Assembly (NCBI GenBank): GCA_947177925.1 | Contig: CAMWWJ010000001.1 | Location: forward strand, 1-40,095 | Length of the DNA stretch: 40,095 bases | From: an uncultured Lachnospiraceae bacterium | Lineage (GTDB): Bacteria > Bacillota > Clostridia > Lachnospirales > Lachnospiraceae | Direction of reading: 5' to 3' | In this document: positions 18,324-27,351 of the stretch, in pieces | How the letters are laid out: each line of letters begins with the position of its first letter | How positions within the stretch are numbered: position 1 is the stretch's first letter | The notes under the pieces: generated by a model | What the model was told of the DNA's origin: nothing | The model's input: only the letters and a program-made list of their open reading frames with translations | The model's database searches: none | Position numbers and translations under genes: made by a program

Positions 18324-18773
18324 ATGTCTTATAAGATAGCGGTTGCATCTTCGGATGGGCAGCAGATTGATGAGTCTTTTGGCTCTGCAAAAAGATTTAT
18401 TATATACGAAGTGACAGACGGTATATATAGAAGGCTGGAAGAAAGAGCTTTTTGTGAGGAAGGAACAGATAACAATGACGTATCTGTAGTGGATGGCTGC
18501 AATTCGTCGGTTAGCTGCAAAAATGAAGGTGGTTGTGGCAGCGGTACAGGAGGCGGATGTGGCGGCGCAGGGGAAGCGTCTGCAAAGGTAGATCTTGTAT
18601 CAGACTGCAGGTGTATTGTCTGTAAAAAGATTGGATTTCACATACAAAAACAATTGGAGCGAAAGGCTATTTCGGCTTTTGATGTTAGTGTCTCTGTGGA
18701 AGAGGCATTGGAAAAGATTTCACATTATTTTACCCGAATGGATAACCATGAGTCTTTACGGGTGCAGAAATAA
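18324..18773 (+). CDS. NifX-type domain protein with a Cys/Gly-rich insertion
   Basis: KIAVASSDGQQIDESFGSAKRFIIYEV signature plus the insert DGCNSSVSCKNEGGCGSGTGGGCGGAG and CRCIVC. Confidence 0.65.
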   Translation: MSYKIAVASSDGQQIDESFGSAKRFIIYEVTDGIYRRLEERAFCEEGTDNNDVSVVDGCNSSVSCKNEGGCGSGTGGGCGGAGEASAKVDLVSDCRCIVCKKIGFHIQKQLERKAISAFDVSVSVEEALEKISHYFTRMDNHESLRVQK

Positions 18774-18787
18774 ACAAAGGCGGACGA

Positions 18788-18830
18788 AAACCGGAGATGG
18801 AATGAAAAGTTCTGTCTCCGGTTTGTTGTC
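18788..18830 (+). terminator. terminator-like hairpin after the nif-like operon
   Basis: AAACCGGAGA/TCTCCGGTTT 10-bp stem with a 17-nt loop, followed by a weak GTTGTC tail. Confidence 0.5.
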
Positions 18831-18846
18831 AGAAGGGAGAGAATAC

Positions 18847-19752
18847 ATGACTTTAAATCAGTTGCTTTATGTTGTGGAGGTATCTAAAACAAAGTCAATC
18901 AATGCTACAGCACATACACTTTTTGTTTCACAGTCTTGTGTCTCAACGGCGATAAGAGAACTAGAGGATGAACTTGGAATTATTATTTTTAACCGGACAA
19001 ACAGAGGTATCACAATAACGAAGAATGGAGAAACATTTATCCATTATGCGAACAATATTATCCAGCAGTGTAAACTGTTAGAAGAAAAATATCTGGGCGA
19101 GGAGGAGCATAAACGACATTTTTCTGTTGTAATGCATCATTCAACTTTTGCCACAAAGGCCTTTGCAAGCGTGGTAAAAGAATTCGGACTTTTGGACTAT
19201 GAATACTCCATTTATGAAACAAATACAAAAACTGTATTGGAACAGGTTCGCAGCGCAAAGAGTGAATTAGGAATATTGTATATAAGTACCTTTAATCAGG
19301 ATTATTATGAAAAAACCTTTAAGGAGTTGAATCTGATATTTGAAAGCATTGCTGAATATGAGGTATATGCTTATATAGGTGAAAATCATCCGCTGGCGTT
19401 CAGGGATGAAATAGAGCTTTCGGAACTTGAGAAATATCCATGCCTTATATTTGATCAGGATGAAAACAGTAGTTTTTATTTTTACGAAGAGATAATTAGT
19501 GCATATGAATATAAAAACGTTATCAGAACCAGCGACAGGGCGACTACGATTGATCTTTTGCAGGAACTTGACGGCTATGCAGTTGGAATCGGGACAGCAA
19601 ATGGAGAGAAATCGGTAAATGGAATAAAGGCTGTAAAAATAAGGACTGATGAGAAAATAAATGTTGGCTATGTGATTAGAGAGGGTAATTGTCTGTCAAA
19701 AATAGCAGAGAAGTTTATTGAGCTATTTCCAGCTGATGTAACATCATTATAA
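18847..19752 (+). CDS. LysR-family transcriptional regulator (paralog of 5909..6820)
   Basis: The start is moved to MTLNQLLYVVEV..., with GGGAGAG RBS upstream. The wHTH and the C-terminal HPLAFRDEIELSELEKYPCLIFDQDENSSFYF align with the first LysR. Confidence 0.85.
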   Translation: MTLNQLLYVVEVSKTKSINATAHTLFVSQSCVSTAIRELEDELGIIIFNRTNRGITITKNGETFIHYANNIIQQCKLLEEKYLGEEEHKRHFSVVMHHSTFATKAFASVVKEFGLLDYEYSIYETNTKTVLEQVRSAKSELGILYISTFNQDYYEKTFKELNLIFESIAEYEVYAYIGENHPLAFRDEIELSELEKYPCLIFDQDENSSFYFYEEIISAYEYKNVIRTSDRATTIDLLQELDGYAVGIGTANGEKSVNGIKAVKIRTDEKINVGYVIREGNCLSKIAEKFIELFPADVTSL

Positions 19753-19826
19753 TTACAATGAATCTATGGGGGTCAGTTATCGAAAATAAGATAGCCAAGT
19801 ATCAGATATGGCTATAGCCAGAAGTA

Positions 19827-19855
19827 TTGACTAGAAGCAGGGAGATAATTATAAT
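19827..19855 (+). promoter_or_regulatory. near-consensus sigmaA promoter (TTGACT-N17-TATAAT)
   Basis: TTGACT at 19827-19832 and TATAAT at 19850-19855. Confidence 0.6.
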
Positions 19856-19906
19856 TGAAACATAAATAAAACATACATAATCCGTAGAGTAAGTAGGAAA
19901 TTGACC

Positions 19907-19953
19907 GGACAACCGGAGATTTGATTTAAAGAATCTTTGGTTGTCCTTTTGTG
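19907..19953 (+). terminator. strong intrinsic terminator inside the leader of the ABC importer operon (attenuator or sRNA 3' end)
   Basis: 15-bp stem GGACAACCGGAGATT/AATCTTTGGTTGTCC (two G-U pairs), 10-nt loop, followed by TTTTGTGT. Confidence 0.7.
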
Positions 19954-20022
19954 TAGGGTTTTATAAAAATGATGCAGAGGAAATTCCAAAATGATTATAA
20001 GAAAAGAAGAGAGGAGGAAAAA

Positions 20023-20415
20023 ATGGAGAAAATCAAATGGCTTAATGTGCTGATTCCAATTGGCGGGATTCTGCTGCTTTTCACATTGTTAAGGCCCTGT
20101 AAAGGGGAGGAAGTGATGAAGTGCAATTACAGCGTAAGTGTTGCAGTACTGCTTTTTACAGTAATTGCGGTGGCAAATATGCTGGCACTCTGGAAAAAAG
20201 AGGGGAAAGCCTTAGTTCCTCTTGTATCGATCCTGATATCCGGTGAGAGCATTTTAGTACCCGCCAAAATCATTGGCGGTTGTATGATGCCCGGCATGGC
20301 ATGCAGGGCGAAATCATTTCCGGGAATTTATGTGTGCTCCCTTATTGTTATTGTGATTGGAGTGCTGGACTTGTTATTACAGATAAGAAAGAGAGGATAT
20401 GAATATGAAAAATAA
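20023..20415 (+). CDS. small polytopic membrane protein with conserved-looking Cys residues
   Basis: The start is moved to MEKIKWLN, after the AGAGGAGG RBS. There are four hydrophobic spans plus CKGEEVMKC and GGCMMPGMAC motifs. It overlaps the binding-protein gene by 17 nt. Confidence 0.55.
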   Translation: MEKIKWLNVLIPIGGILLLFTLLRPCKGEEVMKCNYSVSVAVLLFTVIAVANMLALWKKEGKALVPLVSILISGESILVPAKIIGGCMMPGMACRAKSFPGIYVCSLIVIVIGVLDLLLQIRKRGYEYEK

Positions 20416-21478
20416 AATCAGAGCGGCTGCTCTTGCAGCAATATTGGGAATTACTTTGATAGGATGCGGAAACACCCAGAGTACTGTTGGTACGGGAAAC
20501 GGAGCAGATACGGAAAATGTCTCAGAGACAGAAAGTGCTGATGGAGAATACAAATACGGAAAAATAGATATTCCGGGAAAAGATGGAAGTTTGTGCGGCG
20601 CACCCATTTATATCGCATATGAAAAAGGATTTTTTGCAGAAGAAGGATTTGATGTATCTTTGATATCAGCAGATTTTGAGACGAGAAAGATTGGCCTTAA
20701 CAATGGGACGATTCCCATTGTCAACGGGGATTTCCAGTTTTTCCCTTCTATAGAAGAGGGAATTAAGGTAAAAGTGGCAGACGGGCTGCACAATGGATGT
20801 ATCAAATTTGTGGTAAGACCTGACTCGGATATTTCTACCCCGGAAGATCTGAAAGGGAAAAAAATCGGAGTGGATGAGATTGGCGGCACCCCCCATCAGG
20901 TGGCAAGTGTGTGGCTGGAAAAAGCAGGGATATCCGCTCTTCCCGGTGACGGGGAAGTGACATTTCTGCCTTTTTCCGATGGAAATCTGGAACTGGAAGC
21001 GTTAAAAAGCGGAGACATTGATGTTGCGGCTCTTTGGGATCCCTTTGGTTCTGTGGCAGAAAAAGAAGGACGGGGAAAAATTATTTTTGATCTGTCCACG
21101 GATCCTACATTTGCAGGAAAGTATTGCTGCTTTTTATATGTCTCCAACAAGGTCTTAGAGGAAAAACCGGAAGAAGCGGCAGCGCTTCTTCGGGCATACA
21201 GAAAAGCTCAGGACTGGATAGCCAAAAATCCGGAAGAGACAGTGGATATCATTGCTTCAAAGGGATATTCTTCCATTGAGGATAAGGAACTGGCATTGGA
21301 ACTTATTAAGAGTTACGAGTATCCCACAGAGGAAGACCGTGCCGCAAATAAGCAGAGCGTTTATGATGATGTAAGCTATTTTGCAACAGAGCTTCATAAT
21401 ATCGGTTACCTGAAAGGGGAGCCGGATGTCTTTTCAAAAGATATTTATACGGAAATTGACGTTACACTGGGCCAGTAG
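20399..21478 (+). CDS. ABC transporter substrate-binding lipoprotein, NMT1/SsuA/TauA-like (nitrate/sulfonate/taurine class)
   Basis: Signal peptide with lipobox LIGC|GN. Overall SsuA/NMT1-like pattern (GKKIGV..., DVAALWDPF). Confidence 0.7.
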   Translation: MNMKNKIRAAALAAILGITLIGCGNTQSTVGTGNGADTENVSETESADGEYKYGKIDIPGKDGSLCGAPIYIAYEKGFFAEEGFDVSLISADFETRKIGLNNGTIPIVNGDFQFFPSIEEGIKVKVADGLHNGCIKFVVRPDSDISTPEDLKGKKIGVDEIGGTPHQVASVWLEKAGISALPGDGEVTFLPFSDGNLELEALKSGDIDVAALWDPFGSVAEKEGRGKIIFDLSTDPTFAGKYCCFLYVSNKVLEEKPEEAAALLRAYRKAQDWIAKNPEETVDIIASKGYSSIEDKELALELIKSYEYPTEEDRAANKQSVYDDVSYFATELHNIGYLKGEPDVFSKDIYTEIDVTLGQ

Positions 21479-21492
21479 GAGGTGAATGTCCC

Positions 21493-22509
21493 ATGAGTGA
21501 GACAGAAAAAACATTTGGGAAAAAAGAGAAAAAGCTGATAGCCTCCATATTGTTTACCATGGCTGGTTTTCTCGTAGCAATTTTGGAAAATCTTCTGGTT
21601 CCTCAGTTTGCCATAGGAGTGGCTTTGGAGGTTTATGATCTAAAGATTTTTGGGCTTAATCATAATGAGGCATTTCGGCTGATCTTAATCTGTCTGATGG
21701 CGGCTTATGGGTTAAGCGGGATATTCTCTTTTAAAAGCAAGAAAAAGGCAGAGGAATACATTCAAAAGGCAAGATTTCGATTTGCCATGGGAATTGCACT
21801 TGGGATTTGGGATTATCTGGGGACAAAAATTAAAGTTTTGCCCCAGCCCTTCTTCCCCGGGCCGGCAGAAATCTTAACAGCCTTTTTAAGCGAGGGAAAT
21901 TATATTTTTCAAAACACGTTATACTCCTTAAGGCTTTATGCAGGAGGATTTGTGGGAGGAGTGCTCCTCGGGGTTTCAACAGGGATTTTGATCGGCTGGT
22001 TTCCGAAAGTGAAATATTGGGTTGAACCTGTCCTTAAAATTACAGGGGTGATCCCCGCAGTGGCATGGATGCCCTTTGCACTGACGCTTTTTCCTACCCC
22101 CTATTCGGCGGCAGTTTTTTTAATCGTTATCTGTGCATGGTTTCCCATTGCATCCCTTACCAAGCAGGGGATCGAGAGTACCCCAAAGTCTTTGTTTGAG
22201 GCATCGGAAATCCTGGGAAGCAGCACAGTGTATCAGGTGTTCCATGTGGCGGTTCCCTATGCCATGCCCCAGATTTTTACCGGAATCTCTACGGCAAATG
22301 GTTTTGCATTTACCACTCTTGTAATGGCGGAGATGATGGGACAGCCCGGAGGTCTTGGCTATTATATCAATGCTTCTAAGGTATGGAGCGCATACTATAA
22401 AGTTTTTGCAGCTATTCTTGTAATGGCAGTGCTTTTCAGTTTTATTACCTGGCTTTTAAATATCGTACAGAGAAGGGTGCTTCGCTGGCAGAGAGGACTG
22501 ATCAAATGA
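21493..22509 (+). CDS. ABC transporter permease (SsuC/TauC class) with an N-terminal extension
   Basis: The BPD-type core (EASEILGSS...[15 protein letters not shown]) is preceded by about 90 extra aa containing two hydrophobic spans. Confidence 0.75.
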   Translation: MSETEKTFGKKEKKLIASILFTMAGFLVAILENLLVPQFAIGVALEVYDLKIFGLNHNEAFRLILICLMAAYGLSGIFSFKSKKKAEEYIQKARFRFAMGIALGIWDYLGTKIKVLPQPFFPGPAEILTAFLSEGNYIFQNTLYSLRLYAGGFVGGVLLGVSTGILIGWFPKVKYWVEPVLKITGVIPAVAWMPFALTLFPTPYSAAVFLIVICAWFPIASLTKQGIESTPKSLFEASEILGSSTVYQVFHVAVPYAMPQIFTGISTANGFAFTTLVMAEMMGQPGGLGYYINASKVWSAYYKVFAAILVMAVLFSFITWLLNIVQRRVLRWQRGLIK

Positions 22510-23294
22510 GTGAGAAAAGAAATGTAGTTTTAAAGATGGAACATGTGGGCAGAACCTACCGGGATGAAGAAAAAGAGACAGAAGTGTTACAGTCTGTGGA
22601 TTTTTCTGTAAGGCAGGGGGAGTTTATCTCCATTATCGGAGCCTCCGGCTGTGGAAAGACAACACTTTTAAGACTGATCGCAGGACTTGACAGGCCTCAG
22701 AAGGGAAGAATCCTTTTAGATGGGGAGGAAATTACAAAGCCTTCCCCCAAGGCAGGATATATTTTTCAGCAGGGAAATCTGTTCCAGTGGCTGACGGTCA
22801 GGCAGAATATCGGTTTTGGACTGAAAGCCCAGCACCTGTATAAAGAGAAGAAAGATAAGATAGACGAGTACATAAGAATGGTAGGGCTTAAGGGATTTGA
22901 AGATGTATATCCCCACCAGATCAGCGGCGGTATGGCACAGCGTGTCTCTATCGCAAGGTCTTTGATCTGTAATCCTGAGATACTGCTTTTAGATGAGCCT
23001 ATGGGGGCATTAGATTCTTTTACCAGAGCAGATATACAGGATAAACTTTTAGAGCTGAAAAGGGAAAACGATATTACCATGATCTTAGTCACCCATGATA
23101 TTGACGAGGCAGTGTATTTGTCGGACAGAATCGTGATCATGACTCCACATCCGGGAAAGATCAGCGAGATCGTGGAGGTGGATCTGCCGAAACCACGGCA
23201 CAGGGGAAGCGAGAGTTTCTTTGAACTGAGAAGAAAATTTTTAGAGCGGTTTGAAATGGCAACGGCACAGCCACAGCCGGAATACATTATCTGA
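22506..23294 (+). CDS. ABC transporter ATP-binding protein (SsuB/TauB class)
   Basis: Walker [10 protein letters not shown], signature [15 protein letters not shown], Walker B LLLDEP. Confidence 0.85.
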   Translation: MSEKRNVVLKMEHVGRTYRDEEKETEVLQSVDFSVRQGEFISIIGASGCGKTTLLRLIAGLDRPQKGRILLDGEEITKPSPKAGYIFQQGNLFQWLTVRQNIGFGLKAQHLYKEKKDKIDEYIRMVGLKGFEDVYPHQISGGMAQRVSIARSLICNPEILLLDEPMGALDSFTRADIQDKLLELKRENDITMILVTHDIDEAVYLSDRIVIMTPHPGKISEIVEVDLPKPRHRGSESFFELRRKFLERFEMATAQPQPEYII

Positions 23295-23308
23295 GGAGGA
23301 AAAAAACA

Positions 23309-24295
23309 TTGGGTAAAATTTATCATTCCATTGAAGAACTGGTAGGAAATACTCCGCTTTTGGATTTAAAGAATTATACAAAAGAAAATAATCTGAAGGC
23401 CCGGATACTTGGGAAAATAGAATATTACAATCCCAACCAGAGCATAAAAGACAGAACGGCCCTTAGTATGATCGAACAGGCGGAAAAGGACGGCAGTTTA
23501 AAACCCGGGTATACCATTATCGAGGCAACAAGCGGAAACACAGGAATAGGGCTTGCCGCATTTGCAGCAGTAAAAGGATATGACTGCCATATTTATGTGC
23601 AGGACAATGTAAGTGTGGAGCGTTTTGAAGTAATGAAAGCTTTCGGAGCCAAAGTGTCGGCCATGGGAGATATCCCGGAGGTGGCAGAGGCGTTAGAGAA
23701 AAACAACAATGATTTTGTAGCAGGATATGCGGCATTTTATAAAAAGTATCTGGAATCAAAGGGCAAAACATTTTGCGTGAATCAGGATGGCAATCCGGCA
23801 AATCCCAAAATCCATCAGGAAACTACGGCAAAAGAAATCTGGGAAGATACAGATGGAAAGGTGGATATCGTGGTGGCTGCTGTGGGAACAGGCGGAACGG
23901 TGACAGGACTTGGGAGATTTTTAAAAGCAAAAAATCCGGAGATAAAAATCGTTGCCGTACAGCCGGGAAAAAATTCCATTCCATCAAAGAGCAATCCCCA
24001 TCCAAAAGAAATTGCCGGTGTACATCCCTTCGAGGGAATCCCGGATAAGTTTGTGCCTGCAAATCTTGAAAAAGACATGTATGATGAATATCTGGAAGTG
24101 GAGACAGAGGATGCCTGTAAGGAGGCGAGGCATGTGGCAAGGACAGAAGGAATTTTAGTGGGAGCATCCTCCGGAGCCATTCTTTCTGCCGCAAAAATAC
24201 TGGCAGGGCGTAAAGAAAATCATGGAAAAAATATTGTTGCCATATTGCCGGATACGGGACTTCGTTATCTGTCCACAGGAATGTTTGAAGCATAG
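23309..24295 (+). CDS. divergent CysK/CysM-family PLP enzyme (second copy of the divergent subtype)
   Basis: TTG start 9 nt after GAGGAGG. MGKIYHSIEELVGNTPLL parallels MAKIYESITELVGRTPLL of 14520. It has SIKDRTA and [10 protein letters not shown], and shares the KEIAGVHPFEGIP variant motif. Confidence 0.8.
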   Translation: MGKIYHSIEELVGNTPLLDLKNYTKENNLKARILGKIEYYNPNQSIKDRTALSMIEQAEKDGSLKPGYTIIEATSGNTGIGLAAFAAVKGYDCHIYVQDNVSVERFEVMKAFGAKVSAMGDIPEVAEALEKNNNDFVAGYAAFYKKYLESKGKTFCVNQDGNPANPKIHQETTAKEIWEDTDGKVDIVVAAVGTGGTVTGLGRFLKAKNPEIKIVAVQPGKNSIPSKSNPHPKEIAGVHPFEGIPDKFVPANLEKDMYDEYLEVETEDACKEARHVARTEGILVGASSGAILSAAKILAGRKENHGKNIVAILPDTGLRYLSTGMFEA

Positions 24296-24317
24296 ATCAT
24301 ATGTGAGGAGCAGGAAT

Positions 24318-25523
24318 ATGAAAAAAATTACTACAGGAAGGATTGCGTTAAGTAATCTGAAACAAAAGCCTTTCCGTCTGGCAGGTCTGATTCTTTTGGT
24401 GGCAGTTGTCACTTTTGCATTTTTTGGCACACTGTTGGCATTGGCAGGATTAAAAAATGGCACGGAAAGTCTAAGGGGAAGAATGGGTGCGGATTTTATG
24501 ATCGTGCCCATCGGCTATGAAAAAGCGACTTGGGGAATTTTGTTAAAAGGCGAGCCAGGTTATTTTTATCTGGATAAATCTGTGGAAGGAAAGATAAGGG
24601 ACATTAAGGGAGTGGAAAAAGTCACATCCCAGTTTTATATGGCGTCAAGCGGACAAGATTGCTGTGATATTCCGGTTCAGTTTATCGGTTTTGATTCCGG
24701 CACGGACTTTGTTGTTACCCCCTGGATAAAACAGGTTTTTAAAAACCCGTTGGAAGAGGGGGCTCTTGTAGTTGGCAGTGATATAGAAGTGCCGGGAAAT
24801 GAAAAACTTTTATTCTACGGAAAAGAATTTCCTGTTGCTGCAAAACTTGACCGAACAGGTACGGGAATCGACCAGAGTGTGTTTGCAGATACGGATACCA
24901 TAAAAGCGCTTTTGAAGGCAGCAAAAGAGGAGGGATTTACCTTTACAGACAGTGTTGATCCGGACATTTCTGTTTCCAATCTTATGGTAAAGATAGAAAA
25001 AGGATATGATGCCGAAGAGGTAAAGCACAATATACGGGTAGCTATGGACGGACTGCAGATTATTGAGACAACAGAGATGATCCGCTCCATAGAGGACAAT
25101 ATCGGGCAGATTTATCTGTTTATGAAAGTTGTTTTATGTATTCTGGTTTTTATTTCCGTTATCACTTTGACAATTATGTTTTCTGTCTCAGCAAACGAAC
25201 GGCGGAAAGAGTTTGCCATTATCCGGATGCTGGGGGCAAAAAAATCATCCCTGGTAAATATATTAGGGAAAGAAGCGTTGATTGTAAGCGCAGCGGGAGG
25301 GATTTTAGGAGTTCTGGCAGGAATTTTGGTTTTTATTCCTTTCCGCACAGTCATTGGAAACAGTATAGATTTTCCCTATCTCCTGCCCGGAGTTTTGCAG
25401 ACAGTCGGGATTTTAGTCTTTTCCATGACAGTTTCCCTTGTCCTTTGTCCGTTGTCCTCCAGTGTGACCATTTTTAAAATCTGCAGGGGACAGACACATT
25501 TTATTATGAGGGAAGGTGAGTAA
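24318..25523 (+). CDS. FtsX/MacB-type ABC transporter permease
   Basis: The start is moved to MKKITTGRIALSNLKQKPFR. One N-terminal TM is followed by a large extracytoplasmic domain and three C-terminal TMs. Confidence 0.7.
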   Translation: MKKITTGRIALSNLKQKPFRLAGLILLVAVVTFAFFGTLLALAGLKNGTESLRGRMGADFMIVPIGYEKATWGILLKGEPGYFYLDKSVEGKIRDIKGVEKVTSQFYMASSGQDCCDIPVQFIGFDSGTDFVVTPWIKQVFKNPLEEGALVVGSDIEVPGNEKLLFYGKEFPVAAKLDRTGTGIDQSVFADTDTIKALLKAAKEEGFTFTDSVDPDISVSNLMVKIEKGYDAEEVKHNIRVAMDGLQIIETTEMIRSIEDNIGQIYLFMKVVLCILVFISVITLTIMFSVSANERRKEFAIIRMLGAKKSSLVNILGKEALIVSAAGGILGVLAGILVFIPFRTVIGNSIDFPYLLPGVLQTVGILVFSMTVSLVLCPLSSSVTIFKICRGQTHFIMREGE

Positions 25524-26189
25524 ATGGATATAGAACTGAGGGAAGCAAGCAGACAGTTTATGCGAAGAGGGGAGAATTTTTTTGCCATAGAAAATATTGA
25601 TCTGCAGATAAAACAGGGGGAGTTTCTCTTTCTTACAGGCAGTTCAGGCAGTGGCAAAACAACTTTGCTCCATATTATCTGCGGTCTGCTTTATCCAACA
25701 TCAGGAAAAGTTTTTCTGGACGGGAACCAGTGGGAGGATATGACAGATAAACAGGCATCGATTTTTAGAAACAGACAGATCGGATTTATCCCACAGGAAG
25801 AGAGCCTGCTTTCTAACCTTACGGTATTTGAAAATATCTGCCTGCCCTACACATTTTCCAAAGAGACGGAGGTAGATATAGAAAAAGTAGACCAGACTGC
25901 TGAAAGGCTTAAGATTCGTCAGTTTTTCAATGCTTATCCCAAAGAATTATCGGGAGGGGAAAAAAGAAGGGTTATGATCGCAAGGGCAGTTATACTTTCT
26001 CCTAAGATTATCATTGCAGATGAGCCCACCGCTAATCTGGACGAAGAAAACGCCAAAGAAGTAATGGAGATATTAAAAGAGATAAACAGGGAAGGGTCAA
26101 CGGTTCTTGTAAGCACCCATGAAAAGGAAATTATTTTTGGCAGCAATGGATATGAAATGAAACATGGTAGTTTGAAAAAATGGAGGTAA
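25524..26189 (+). CDS. ABC transporter ATP-binding protein (MacB/LolD/FtsE class)
   Basis: GSSGSGKTT, LSGGEKRRVMIARA and IIIADEPTANLD motifs. Confidence 0.85.
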   Translation: MDIELREASRQFMRRGENFFAIENIDLQIKQGEFLFLTGSSGSGKTTLLHIICGLLYPTSGKVFLDGNQWEDMTDKQASIFRNRQIGFIPQEESLLSNLTVFENICLPYTFSKETEVDIEKVDQTAERLKIRQFFNAYPKELSGGEKRRVMIARAVILSPKIIIADEPTANLDEENAKEVMEILKEINREGSTVLVSTHEKEIIFGSNGYEMKHGSLKKWR

Positions 26190-26194
26190 AAGAC

Positions 26195-26707
26195 ATGGCA
26201 AAGGAAAAAAATTATATCATCAGACATGCCTCTCTCTCGGATTTAGATGCAGTTGCGGAATTGGAAGGATTATGTTTTTCCAAGGCGGATGGAGCCACAA
26301 GAGAAAGCTTTGAAAAACGGCTTAAGGTTTTTCCAGACCACTTCTGGCTGTTGGAAGTAGAGGGGGTTTTAGTTTCCCTGGTAAACGGCATGGTAACTGA
26401 CGGCGACACCCTTTTGGATGAAATGTATGATGATGCCGGTATGCATAAGGAAGAGGGAGACTGGCAGATGATTTTTGGAGTTGAGACAAGGCCGGATTAC
26501 CAGAGAAAAGGTTATGCGGAAATTTTGCTCAAAAGGGTGATTGGGGATACCAGAAAACAGAACCGGAAGGGACTGGTTTTAACCTGTAAGGAACATATGG
26601 TGCATTACTATGAGAAGTTTGGTTTTGTCAACGAAGGACTGTCAGAGTCAATCCATGGAGGGGCACAGTGGTATCATATGAGATATCAGATGAAAATAGA
26701 GTTTTAA
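26195..26707 (+). CDS. GNAT-family N-acetyltransferase
   Basis: The start is moved to MAKEKNY, after GGAGG. It has a GNAT core with the QRKGYAEILLKRV acetyl-CoA loop. Confidence 0.7.
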   Translation: MAKEKNYIIRHASLSDLDAVAELEGLCFSKADGATRESFEKRLKVFPDHFWLLEVEGVLVSLVNGMVTDGDTLLDEMYDDAGMHKEEGDWQMIFGVETRPDYQRKGYAEILLKRVIGDTRKQNRKGLVLTCKEHMVHYYEKFGFVNEGLSESIHGGAQWYHMRYQMKIEF

Positions 26708-26723
26708 ATGTAAAGGGATATGT

Positions 26724-27143
26724 ATGGAATATAGGATTCAGACCAAAACAGAAGGAATAAATTTTAGTGAAGTTTGTGATATATTGGCTTATTATGGATT
26801 AAGCAATTTTGATGTAGAAACGCAGAAACGTGTCTTTAATAATAGCTATGCAGTTGTGTTTGTTATTGAGAATAACAAGGTAATCGGTGTTGGAAGAGCT
26901 ATCTCTGATGGAATATGTCAGGCGGCATTATATAACATTGCATTGGATAAAGAACACTGTGGTATGGGATTGGGAAAAATAATTGTTGATGAATTATTGA
27001 AACAGGTTAAGGGATGCAATGTTATTCTTTATACGCATCCAAAGTGGATAGGACTGTACAAACATTGGGGGTTTGAACAAATGAAAACAGGATTTGCCTT
27101 ATATACTGACAAAGAATATTTCCAGAGTGAAGGATTTACATAA
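26724..27143 (+). CDS. GNAT-family N-acetyltransferase (second, unrelated subtype)
   Basis: 139 aa. VIGVGRAISDG...HCGMGLGKIIVDELL is a GNAT motif A pattern. Confidence 0.65.
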   Translation: MEYRIQTKTEGINFSEVCDILAYYGLSNFDVETQKRVFNNSYAVVFVIENNKVIGVGRAISDGICQAALYNIALDKEHCGMGLGKIIVDELLKQVKGCNVILYTHPKWIGLYKHWGFEQMKTGFALYTDKEYFQSEGFT

Positions 27144-27311
27144 TGAAGAAATACATAATAGGAGTTGACCTTGACGGTACGCTTTTGACGTCAAATAAAG
27201 AAATTACGGAGGGAGAATGCTTCTAAGCAGGCAAAAAAAGTAGAAGATGTAGTTGAGCCAAGTAATGACAGGGATGGCGTAGCGGAAGCAATGATAAAAT
27301 TTGTCATGTGA
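27143..27311 (+). pseudogene. Cof-type HAD phosphatase remnant (N- and C-terminal ends joined by a large deletion)
   Basis: MKKYIIGVDLDGTLLTSNKEIT carries the DxDGT motif and then meets a stop. A different frame gives ...SNDRDGVAEAMIKFVM*, typical of the Cof C-terminus. Only ~56 codons remain of an expected ~260. Confidence 0.55.
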
Positions 27312-27351
27312 AATAGGCAAAATCTATTACAGGTTATAGAAAACAAGTAAT

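Noticed and set aside
18595-18846. N-terminal extension of the second LysR ORF (385 aa in the track), and similar extensions at 24222, 29196, 31691, 19969, 26180 and 10913
   Set aside because: The extensions overlap upstream genes or terminators and lack RBSs. Internal ATG/TTG starts with good Shine-Dalgarno spacing give products that align from residue 1 with their paralogs or families.
18789-19920. Shared 10-mer AACCGGAGAT in the terminators on both sides of the LysR gene
   Set aside because: Many identical 10-mer pairs are expected by chance in a 40-kb window. The flanking bases do not extend the match.
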